Shown here in pieces: positions 54,883 to 64,000 of a stretch of DNA of 64,000 nucleotides. The position numbers and the translations under genes were made by a program. Within the stretch, counting starts at the first letter, position 1. Each line of letters opens with the position of its first letter. Source of the DNA: Paramoeba atlantica (taxonomy: Eukaryota; Protista; Discosea); the NCBI GenBank assembly GCA_977017575.1, contig CDRNVI010000011.1, positions 186,001-250,000 on the forward strand, written 5' to 3'. The notes below the pieces were generated by a model, which was not told where the DNA came from, did no database searches, and saw nothing but the letters and a program-made list of their open reading frames with translations.

Positions 54883-55923
54883 ATGCCCCGCGAAGCAGCG
54901 CTTTCTCTTTCCCAGCAAGAAGTTGCACTCTCCCAAAATTCTCAGCCATCCAAAGGATTATCCCAACGTACGATGCCTTTAGCTAAAGCAGATGTCAATG
55001 CGATTCCAGTTCTCAGTCAAGCAATCAAGGCTTGTCCTTCCCTTTTTCTTCAAAAAGAAAAGATTCTAACCCAATCCGTAGAACAGTCACAGCCGTACCT
55101 CTCTGCCTCCCCACAGGCCGACAAGCGACGACACGCTGATCCCCAGTACGCCGCAGAGTATATGAAAGATATTATGTTAAGTCTAAGACACGCCGAGGAA
55201 CAACTTTCGCGCGACCCCTACTTGAGTCATCAACCGGAGTTGAGCGAAAAAATGCGAACCATTCTTGTTGACTGGCTTGTCGAGGTACACCTGAAGTTCA
55301 AGTGTCGGCCCGAGACACTCTTCCTTGCCGTCGATATTGTTGACCGATACCTCTCCGTCGCACGCACCACTCGATCTACACTTCAGCTTGTGGGTGTTAC
55401 CGCGATACTGCTCGCGGCTAAATATGAGGAAATATGGCCACCTGAAATTAAAGACTGTGTGTACATTAGCGCCAACACGTACTCCCGAGAAGATATTCTC
55501 ACTATGGAACGACTTATTTGTGGAGCGCTTCACTTCCGACTGACAACTCCGAATGTAATGCACTTCACAAGCCGTCTGTTAGACGTGATGGACGCCGACA
55601 CTTCATTGACACATGCCACCTTTTACTACTCGGAGATATCCCTACTGAGCTACGCGATGTACGGATATCTGCCGAGTCTAGTGGCTGCCGCCTGTGTGTA
55701 TCTCGCATGTCGTACGCGGGGCCACACGGAGCCATGGACTCCTCTGATGCAACACTACTCGGGATACACTCTACCCGATGTCTTTAGTGTCGCCCAGCAG
55801 TTATTGGAGTACGCCCACGTGTTGCTGAGCAGCAAGTACACCGCGGTGAAACGGAAATATGCCTCATCAAAATGCGGTGAGGTTTCCGATCAGCCGCTCC
55901 CGGAGCTAAGCGATTCACTTTAG
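54883..55923 (+). CDS. Cyclin, copy 3 (unique C-terminus)
   Basis: Cyclin box with two amino-acid changes (S>L, C>S) and a distinct tail ASSKCGEVSDQPLPELSDSL. Confidence 0.92.
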   Translation: MPREAALSLSQQEVALSQNSQPSKGLSQRTMPLAKADVNAIPVLSQAIKACPSLFLQKEKILTQSVEQSQPYLSASPQADKRRHADPQYAAEYMKDIMLSLRHAEEQLSRDPYLSHQPELSEKMRTILVDWLVEVHLKFKCRPETLFLAVDIVDRYLSVARTTRSTLQLVGVTAILLAAKYEEIWPPEIKDCVYISANTYSREDILTMERLICGALHFRLTTPNVMHFTSRLLDVMDADTSLTHATFYYSEISLLSYAMYGYLPSLVAAACVYLACRTRGHTEPWTPLMQHYSGYTLPDVFSVAQQLLEYAHVLLSSKYTAVKRKYASSKCGEVSDQPLPELSDSL

Positions 55924-56670
55924 CTAATATTGCAGTTTTGGGTGATTGAAGCAGCTTAGGGGTTTCTCTAGTTTAGAATGTTTGTAGAATATTGGTTTTT
56001 TTGTTCTAGATATGCGATTCACGAAGTAAGAATTCTTTTAGAGTGCATTCTTTCTTAACGTTGTTTTCACAACGGCGTGGATCTGTGCTTCATTGATTTG
56101 TTTGTTTATTTTTACTTCCTTTTAGATTGAAAAATAAGATAAAAATATGATAGATCTTAAGATTCACGAAAACATGCAAAGAACCTGATGCTTGTGCATA
56201 TTATTTTTTTTGGTAGTACAGTCACATTTCTCATAGTAAGATTTCTCACATTTGTTTCCTTTTCTCACTTTATTAATTTTTTTCTTACTATCTTCGTGTA
56301 AATGATGAATCAGGGGTTTCAGCCTTCAATCTTAAACACATGAGGAGACACCCCACCAGCGCTGAAACTGCTCACACGTAGAATCGAATTCTTGGAATCA
56401 TTATGGAGGGCGCACTGTAAAGGCCCTTATGAGTTAAAGGAAAAAAAATTATAATTTTTCGCCGAGCATGCATTTTTCGGTACATTGAGTAGGCTTCTGT
56501 TCCGTGGTTCACAGTTATTGTACAGCATGGTATTACGGAATAAGGTTAAGATTTGAATTCAATTTGAGAGGCAATGTGTTGCTACTTTGCCTAATACGCA
56601 TCTCTGTGAACTATGACTCCCATAATTTTCTTTTCTTTTCATGTCACTTTATTAAACTGAGTCACGGTGC

Positions 56671-57969
56671 ATGTCGTGCGTGGATTCCGCGGGACTGCGG
56701 TCAGTGACAACTGCCGCAATGCGAGTAAATCGGTCACTGGTCCCATTTTCTACGGAGGGGTCGATTTCCGCTGATTCTTTTTTGCCTCACATAGGGGTTC
56801 CAATTACGCATTGTTTGAAGGTGCAAAATCACGAGACTTCATGCAGAGGAATAGACATTAGCGCAAAGTGTGGTAATGATAATTCATGGATGGTGTCTGG
56901 AGCGATGGACGGAAAAGTTCATCTCCATTCGATATCTCGGCCAAATGGGGTGGGCAATCCTTCTCAAGTGTTAGAGGGTCTTCCTGGATACGACGGAGGG
57001 CCGGTCGTAGGAATCACAGATGTAGCATGGCGTTCGAGTTTCGCGAATGACATTGGCGACGGAAGGAATATATTGTTAGCGGGAACAGAGGGTATTAATT
57101 GTCGACTCTACCAACTGAATGAAACCTCTACAGAGCCTTTGTCACTCTGCGCCGTCACCTCCCTGGGTGTGGCTACTGTACGCGATGCGTATCGAAACCC
57201 CGGACATACATCTTCGATTTCACAGGTGGGGTGGGTGAAAAATGCCTTCGAATCCACGAAACGGTTTTACTCGTCCTCGATGGACGGAACTTTACGGCTC
57301 TATGATATTTCCGATGCCAGTTCTTTCATTGTTTCTAGAGCCGTGATCAAACATGGAGAGAGCAACCCTCTTGCCGCGCGCGTGCCTATTACCGCCGTGA
57401 GTTCCCAACTCTACGGAGGAACGACGCATTTCGCGACCGGGGGACAGGATGGAGCAGTTCAGCTATGGGATAGTGAGAGGTTGCACTCTAGGAAACACAC
57501 TTCCCGCACAGAAGTTTCCCAAGAGGGTATTTGTGGATTATCATTACTGGAGCATTACATGGCCGTGCGAACATACTGTGGGGCTGTGGTGATATACGAT
57601 CTTCGCAAGATCAAGGAAAATGCTCACCTCTCGCGTTTTGAGGGTCTCGAAACCCTAACCGAGGGCCCGTGTGACATCATGTTGTGTGGAAGAGCGGCGA
57701 GCTCGGTGTGTGCCGAGCCACTTGTGCTTACCTCTGCTTGGGAGAGTGGGTCTCTTACATCCCACCTTGTAGTTTGTTCCCCCACAAGCAAACAGTGTCT
57801 GCTGGAGCTTGGAAGATCACCCCTGCGACGAATTTGGTGCCGCCCTGGAATGATGCAGGGAGTAATGGCTATCAGTGACGACAGTGGAGCAGTACAAATC
57901 TTACACGATCAAAGAGGTACATACCCTCCCGGGGGTATGTGGGAATACTTTCGAATAAGGAACAAATGA
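56671..57969 (+). CDS. WD40-repeat protein (WDR70-like)
   Basis: MVSGAMDGKV, GHTSSISQVGW, SSSMDGTLRLYD and ATGGQDGAVQLWD repeats. Confidence 0.7.
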   Translation: MSCVDSAGLRSVTTAAMRVNRSLVPFSTEGSISADSFLPHIGVPITHCLKVQNHETSCRGIDISAKCGNDNSWMVSGAMDGKVHLHSISRPNGVGNPSQVLEGLPGYDGGPVVGITDVAWRSSFANDIGDGRNILLAGTEGINCRLYQLNETSTEPLSLCAVTSLGVATVRDAYRNPGHTSSISQVGWVKNAFESTKRFYSSSMDGTLRLYDISDASSFIVSRAVIKHGESNPLAARVPITAVSSQLYGGTTHFATGGQDGAVQLWDSERLHSRKHTSRTEVSQEGICGLSLLEHYMAVRTYCGAVVIYDLRKIKENAHLSRFEGLETLTEGPCDIMLCGRAASSVCAEPLVLTSAWESGSLTSHLVVCSPTSKQCLLELGRSPLRRIWCRPGMMQGVMAISDDSGAVQILHDQRGTYPPGGMWEYFRIRNK

Positions 57970-58217
57970 ACCGTACAATTCGTGTTGTACATTCAGAAAA
58001 ACGTCTTTTCGGGGGCACATTGAATTCTAAAAGAAATGGGGGGCACCACTTTCGCGCGGCTTCAGCTTCTTGATTTTTTTATGTGCGATGTGATTAGGAT
58101 TTGTGGGTTGCATTGATATTTCAACGAATCATGTGCCACGTACCCAATTTTTTGATGCCTTTTTTATGTCTACAGTGAGATTCGTTTTCTACCACACTCT
58201 TTATTTCCTTCATCTTT

Positions 58218-59138
58218 ATGACTGAACCGGTGCGAAAGACTAATTTCTCCTCCTTTCGCTTTTACGAAAAGGCGGTGCCAGATTTAGATGACCTCGTCAT
58301 GGTAAAGGTCAAGTCGGTCGGGGACTCTGCAGCGTACGTGTGGCTCATAGAGTACGATCACCTAGAGGGAATGGTTCCTTTTACCGAACTCTCACGTCGT
58401 CGAATCCGTTCTATTTCGAAACACATCAAGGTTGGATCAGTGGAAGTTATGACCGTAATTCGTGTCGACAAGGCTCGCGGTTATGTAGATCTATCAAAGA
58501 AAAGGGTCAGTGAGTCTGACATGAGGCAATGTGAGGAACGCTACACTCGCGCCAAAATGGTCCATGGCATTTTGCAGTCTACTGTACAGCGAAATCCGAA
58601 GTACTCCACCGAAGAACTTTATAAAGTTGTGGGATGGCCCTTGTACAGTCGCTATGGTCATGCATATGATGGGTTTAAAGTTGCACTAAGCAGTCCTGAA
58701 AAAGTAATTTCGGTCATTGGACTCACTGTTGAGTCAGAGCCTATATTTCGAAGTCTAATGGAGGAGGTCAAGCACCGTATGAAAGCCTCCGCCTTTCGTA
58801 TCCGTGCCGAAGTTGAGGTAACATTATACACTCCCGAAGGGATTCGAGGTATCAAAGAAGTATTTGCGAAGGCTGAAATGTTGGAGATCGACCAAGATAG
58901 CACAATAAAGGTTCATGTTGTTGCAGCACCGCACTATACTGTCCGGACTCAGATGATGGATAAAGCGGAAGGCATTGCATTAGTACAGAAGGCTGTCGAT
59001 CTGATCACTGAGGGTATGGAAGAGAAGGGTGGCGAATGTGTCGTGCGATCACCGCCGCAAGTTATGGAGGAAGACGACATCGCCTCTCCGACTACAAACC
59101 AACGTGATCAGGACGAATCAGACGAAGAAAGCGAGTAG
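58218..59138 (+). CDS. EIF2S1: Translation initiation factor eIF2 alpha
   Basis: RFYE..P..DDLVMV.V, ELSRRRIRSI and VIRVDK.RGYVDLSKKRV motifs. Confidence 0.97.
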   Translation: MTEPVRKTNFSSFRFYEKAVPDLDDLVMVKVKSVGDSAAYVWLIEYDHLEGMVPFTELSRRRIRSISKHIKVGSVEVMTVIRVDKARGYVDLSKKRVSESDMRQCEERYTRAKMVHGILQSTVQRNPKYSTEELYKVVGWPLYSRYGHAYDGFKVALSSPEKVISVIGLTVESEPIFRSLMEEVKHRMKASAFRIRAEVEVTLYTPEGIRGIKEVFAKAEMLEIDQDSTIKVHVVAAPHYTVRTQMMDKAEGIALVQKAVDLITEGMEEKGGECVVRSPPQVMEEDDIASPTTNQRDQDESDEESE

Positions 59139-59427
59139 TGTGAACGTATTCCTATGTTCCTTAGGAATTCTGAACTAAATTCTTTGTGTTGAGCTGATTC
59201 CTGACTTTGAATGGGCTGAATGATCATACATGTATAGAATTTCTTTTGAAGAAATATTCCCCTTTCAGATTCGAAATCCCTTAGACAGGCATGATATCTT
59301 TTTTATTTCTACATGCAAAAGTTTGAATTGATATATAACGCCCAAATACGAACTAAACATGATACCAACGAATTTTAGTCAAGAATACATAGTTTTCATA
59401 AGGCTATCTTTGTTTGCATAGTAGACA

Positions 59428-59901
59428 ATGTCGGACGACGAAACCTTTGAGTCCACCGATGCGGGCGCGTCTCTGACCTTTCCCGTTCAGGCTGGAAATG
59501 TTAAAAAGGGTGACGTTGTTCTTTTGGATGGCTTCCCATGCAAAGTGGTTGATATGTCCACAAGCAAGACTGGGAAGCATGGTCACGCAAAAGCTCATGT
59601 GATCGGACTTGATATCTTTGAGGGCAAGAAGCACGAAGAAGTATGTCCCTCATCTCACAACATGCAGGGTGTTGTGATGAAGCGCACGGAGTACAAGATT
59701 ATGGATATCCAAGCAGACCAACTTACGCTAATGCTGGACGACGGCTCAATGAAGGAAGATTTGGATCTTCCCAAAGATGCAGATCTCGCGGACAAGATTC
59801 GTAAGGCTCATGAAGGCGGGGATGATGTGAGTGTAGTGGTGATTACTGCAATGAATCGAGAAGCCGTGGTTAGCTTCAAGGATGACTCTGGACGCAAGTA
59901 A
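59428..59901 (+). CDS. EIF5A: Translation factor eIF5A
   Basis: Hypusine motif STSKTGKHGHAK. Confidence 0.98.
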   Translation: MSDDETFESTDAGASLTFPVQAGNVKKGDVVLLDGFPCKVVDMSTSKTGKHGHAKAHVIGLDIFEGKKHEEVCPSSHNMQGVVMKRTEYKIMDIQADQLTLMLDDGSMKEDLDLPKDADLADKIRKAHEGGDDVSVVVITAMNREAVVSFKDDSGRK

Positions 59902-60378
59902 ATGGGTCGCAATGTATCGGCATTAATATTATTTATTTTGTGCTAGGTGGGCTAGAGAAGCACGGTGTTTTTCATTTCTCTAGCCGCTTGTATTAGGATG
60001 CAAAAAAATAATTCATCTTGTGCAAGTTATATTATTCTATTTGAAAGGCATAGACTCTTTAAAGCGTTTCTTAGAAACATATTTTGAGGGTTTATTCCTA
60101 TCTTGTCTAATTCGATTCCATAATTTACTGAGTTTTCCTTATGGTCATTAGAAAAATGCTAATTGCTAAGAACTAATTTCTCTTAAACAAAAATGTTGTA
60201 TTAGTATTCATTAAGCTATAGGATCTAAATACGACTGCTGGTAGTCGCAATTTATCTTTTCACATTAAAGTTTAGTAATTTAATCCTCTCCCGTAATACT
60301 ATTTTGGTTGCATTCGTGTGGATACAATTTTAGTTTATAAATCCACTTTATTACTAAGCGATTCATCAACAACTACTC

Positions 60379-60753
60379 ATGTTTTTCGGGAGCTCGAATA
60401 ATCCTTATAAAACGACTCGTGAATTACTTGCCTCTTATAATTATTTGCATAGCGAAAACGACTTACACGGTGTAACTGCCCAAGCATTCCTGAAATGTGT
60501 TCTTCCATCAAGTGTAAGGGACACTGAGATGCTGCCTTATCGTGGACAGGCCTCATCAATCTCAGATACTCAATCCACAACATTATCGGTAGACGAAATG
60601 ACATGTATTGAAGAATATGCCACATTGTACGCCACGTTCGCCGAGAGTGCGTACAGTCAATTTAGTAAAGGGTACGAAAAAATGGCTAGGGATGCAATGG
60701 TAAAGATGCGTCAGGCCGAAGAAATACAAAAGGGTAGGGGTCCTTCACGATAG
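60379..60753 (+). CDS. Hypothetical small protein
   Basis: 124-aa ATG-initiated + strand ORF in an otherwise AT-rich spacer; no motif recognised. Confidence 0.45.
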   Translation: MFFGSSNNPYKTTRELLASYNYLHSENDLHGVTAQAFLKCVLPSSVRDTEMLPYRGQASSISDTQSTTLSVDEMTCIEEYATLYATFAESAYSQFSKGYEKMARDAMVKMRQAEEIQKGRGPSR

Positions 60754-60953
60754 TCTGCCACACTTCTAATTGTAATTGTAAAAGAATCTACTCAAGCTTA
60801 ACGTACAACTTCGCATAGTTTTCTACGTGGAATGGATGAATTTGGCATGACAATACATCGTATTTCTTCAAAGATTGAACATTACTGCATTCAATTGTAT
60901 TTTGAACATTTTTTGCCTAATTTATTTTTTGTGCTTAAATTTATCAATTTGAA

Positions 60954-62132
60954 ATGTCTTTGGCATTAGCATCCATGGTGCGCCAGTACCGACGTGAAGG
61001 GTTTCTTCACCTAAAACAAGCTGTCCCGTGCGAGCACTTAAGTGGCATCAATACGCTATACAATTCTGCGGCAAAAGAGCGAGGGCAATCAATGTATCCT
61101 GGTGCCCTACAGAAAATGGAGGGGACATTATGCACTATTCAGGTCGCGCCCCCTGGTGCGATGAACAGTACCGACGATGGACTCAGCAGAGGCTCAACTT
61201 CGTCTGTGCCCTCACGAGGAAATCGTACTTATTATGTTAAGTGCCGCTCTGAAAAGCATCGTGATCGTTTGATAAAGCGCTTTCAAAAGAAATTTGGTCC
61301 TCGTATGATGACCGAAGAGCAAGCGAAAGCTACTATGCAGGATAAGAATTGGATGAATAATCCAAAGTTTTATGAAGAGATGAGAAAAAGATATTACTAT
61401 GACGAGTTCCATGCGTATATTCGTAGCATGGGAACTCACCATTATAACCTATTTCAATCTTGCGACACCATTCGAAGGCATGTTCTTCTTGCGAACCCAT
61501 CCGTACTTCCTTTCGTCACTGCGGCACAACTCACCGGCTGTGTGGGTCTACGTCTCTGGTGTGAAGACTTATTCGTAAAAGAACCCTTTAGTAATGCACT
61601 ACCTTTGCATTGCGTTTTACCTTATCTTGGTCTTAGCAATACACGAGGGGAGGTGGAGTCAAGGGGATGTACTATGTGGCTGTTTCTTCAAGACGTTACA
61701 ATGACGAATGGCGCCCCGTGTTTGATCCGAGGAAGTCAGGAAGTGATGCGAAATGAGTTTCCCACAATGGAAGATATCCATAGGCAACGCACTCAGCCTG
61801 TCAGCTTTGATTTCGGTCTGTGGTACCGACATTACAAGCTTGGGGAACAAAAAATAATACCGCACGACAACGATAATTCTCAAACAAACATTCAACCGAT
61901 ATTTCCCAAATCCGGTGATATTTTACTGGTGGATCACTCTACTCTCATGGGCATAGGAGCTAACGTTACTTCTCATCGTTGGTCAGCCGTATCATATAGT
62001 TTAATTCCAGAAGGTTCTACTTTCACCGGTTTAAGGAGTACATGGATTCCAAAGAACTTGCTTAATAAAACTGCTCCTGGTACAGTTTTGAGGGATGATA
62101 ACAATTTCCCATTACTACACACGGAGCTCTAA
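60954..62132 (+). CDS. Phytanoyl-CoA dioxygenase (PhyH)-fold protein, metal ligands apparently lost
   Basis: YRREGFLHL, TMWLFLQDVT..NGAP..IRGSQ and GDILL.DH..L....AN.T...W motifs; HxD reads HCV. Confidence 0.65.
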   Translation: MSLALASMVRQYRREGFLHLKQAVPCEHLSGINTLYNSAAKERGQSMYPGALQKMEGTLCTIQVAPPGAMNSTDDGLSRGSTSSVPSRGNRTYYVKCRSEKHRDRLIKRFQKKFGPRMMTEEQAKATMQDKNWMNNPKFYEEMRKRYYYDEFHAYIRSMGTHHYNLFQSCDTIRRHVLLANPSVLPFVTAAQLTGCVGLRLWCEDLFVKEPFSNALPLHCVLPYLGLSNTRGEVESRGCTMWLFLQDVTMTNGAPCLIRGSQEVMRNEFPTMEDIHRQRTQPVSFDFGLWYRHYKLGEQKIIPHDNDNSQTNIQPIFPKSGDILLVDHSTLMGIGANVTSHRWSAVSYSLIPEGSTFTGLRSTWIPKNLLNKTAPGTVLRDDNNFPLLHTEL

Positions 62133-62340
62133 AAACAAACGTCGTGCACCGCACATTATTTGTCAGTTGTACGCTTACATTACATTTCGGCCGATTGATA
62201 TCTCATTCGTGGTACGCACTGTTTTTACCAAAGTAATTTTAATGTAAAGTCATTTTGAAGCGAAGAAAGATAATTCATAGATTTCTTTCATACCATCAAT
62301 GGTCCATGATAGTGTAATTCTCTTGTTCTACACCAAATTA

Positions 62341-62500
62341 CTCCCCCCTCCATAAGTAATTATAAATACACCTTGAACTAGCACTTTTACTCCCTTGCGA
62401 CTTATAATTCCTATGCCTTTCATAAGTAATTATAAATACAACTTCGATCGATTCGATCGATATTTTTTGTCGCGTTTTTTTTATTTTCTCTTTTTTGTCA
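62341..62500 (+). mobile_element. Probable left end of a TA-flanked DNA transposon
   Basis: TA|CTCCCCCCTC, then a 20-bp motif CATAAGTAATTATAAATACA twice (62351, 62421), hairpin TCGATCG-ATT-CGATCGA and a T-tract. The right end is not in the window. Confidence 0.4.
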
Positions 62501-62688
62501 TTTCTATTTATTTTTAGTGTCCTGTCACTACTTCACTTAATCCTTCTCAAAGATGTCTCGAAAAAGGTCATCAAGCGGGTCTTCTTCAATAGCCGACTTA
62601 TCTCGGTTGGCGGTAGACCATCAAAAAGGTGGGTTGAGAAAAAGGTTCTCTGGTTTCACTCCATATTCGAAATGAGTGAAATATTTAG

Positions 62689-63158
62689 CATAACAATTTT
62701 AGTGCTATACACTGTATATACCATCACCCTGTTGGCTGGTATTTTATTCTGTACCTTGTTGACACCCCCCATGTGCCCCTTCTCCCAGCCACGCTCCCCG
62801 CCACGCTTGCCACCGCGCGACCCGCCGCTCTCCCCGCCACGCTCACCACTGCGCTCCCCCCGCCCCACCCGCCGCGCTTCCGCCTCGCTACCCGACGCGC
62901 CACCCGTAGCTCTCCCCACCGCATTTTCCGAGTATGGAGCTACCCGGCGTCAGCACAAGACGTCAAGAAACTGCGTCTCTTGCTCCCATCCTGAATGAAG
63001 GTCAATCGCGGCGATCTGCGATTGGCTATGCAAACTGCTCCGAAAGGAGCGGTGACGGCTCGGAATATACCTGAGCTGTCAGCCACCTCATCTGGATGGT
63101 TGAGGGCCCACAGCCTTTCGAGGCCAAATGGGCGGCTGACCATGACCATACATGTATA
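62689..63158 (+). pseudogene. Unidentified interrupted reading frame with LPAT 12-nt repeats
   Basis: ORFs 62773-62994 and 62995-63177 are the same frame, separated only by TGA. GC-rich 12-nt repeats; truncated by the 63159 element. Confidence 0.3.
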
Positions 63159-64000
63159 CTGTGACCCCCCCCTTTAATATGGACAGGGGGTATCCCCCCC
63201 CTTTATTATGGACAAATCCGACCGGGCGCCGCGCAGCGGCGCCAATTTTTTTTTTTGACGTACCCTTTTTTTTGTCTCTTTTTTTCTGTTTTTTAGGGTA
63301 TCTGTAGCTAGGTAATTTTATCAGCTTTCACATAGTTCGTCATGTTCATATATTTCAGTCATTTTTCAACCTAATGAATTCCGTGGAAGGACCCTTAACC
63401 TCTTGGATTAAGGCAACACCCCCAAAGCCACAGGTAGGTAATCCAACAATGTTGATTACAAATGAGCGCAATGTCCACGCTTCTTTAGATATCCACGTGA
63501 AAGAGAAAAGGGGACGAACTGAGCTTAATATATACGAGAAGCGCGAAATCTGCCGATCGACTCTCTCGGTAAAAAGAATCCGAGAAAAATACGGAATTTC
63601 GCGAAGCGGAGTATATGAAATCCGTAGCCACGGTATGAGCTACTTTCAAAAACTCATTGATCGTTCCATGGGGAGCAACCACAGGAGACTCCTCCCACCC
63701 TGGTTGATACGTGGAAAAAATTTCGACGTCCCAAAAGCTGTCTTACCACGCACGCGGTGGATCAGCTCTGCCAAAACGTAATGGAGGTATATCGGGAATT
63801 GCCTAATGCAGACAGGCATCTCATGTTCCTAAATACCGGACAGACGCAGTTGATGTTAGGCCTGGGCCGCGAGCCAAAACAGCATATTACATCGGTTCGT
63901 CGAATAGCCGCGGCTTTAATTTTTAATGGGCATTTTATCCTTGTCAATTTCCAGAGGTTTGGGCTAACTGTTTTCGACAGTTACGAAACATATTGTCCCT
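63159..64000 (+). mobile_element. Left part of a TA-flanked transposon encoding a CENP-B/psq-type HTH and, in the -1 frame, a Ulp1-like cysteine protease
   Basis: TA|CTGTGACCCCCCCC, duplicated CCCCCCCCTTTA(A/T)TATGGACA, GGCGCCGC-GCA-GCGGCGCC hairpin and T-tract. ORF KRGRTELNIYEKREI..SVKRIREKYGISRSGVYEIR. Frame 63661-64000 reads SCLTTHAVD..MFLNT..NGHFILVNF..LTVFDS. Confidence 0.65.

Overview
This window is compact, intronless eukaryotic nuclear DNA. About 38 recognisable or plausible host genes between 1469 and 62132 all lie on the + strand, which looks like a kinetoplastid-type directional (polycistronic) gene cluster. Kinetoplastid-like signatures in RPL35A, RPS6 and eIF2-alpha, plus an RpiB-type isomerase, fit a divergent kinetoplastid, most likely Perkinsela-like (inference). 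Host genes cover housekeeping functions (primase, ORC4-like, SAM50, RCL1, NIP7, ribosomal proteins, eIF2-alpha, eIF5A, tRNA isopentenyltransferase) and include a recent 3481-bp cyclin-DLD tandem duplication. Mobile DNA is unexpectedly abundant: two REL-endonuclease retroelement relics at the start, several TA-flanked Tc1/pogo-like elements and MITEs (some triple-nested), an HTH plus Ulp1-like element at the end, and a 1414-bp IS30-family element. The IS30 element has a bacterial-type DD33E transposase, perfect 25-bp TIRs, a GGG target duplication and multiple subterminal repeats, and is the best candidate for an undescribed eukaryotic transposon group. Other highlights are a DeSI/PPPDE peptidase-ENGase (GH85) fusion, an intact Dcp2, an MT-A70 methyltransferase and a shared GC-rich GNA-triloop hairpin plus T-tract module in unrelated transposons. 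All calls are by-eye motif recognition; no searches were run.
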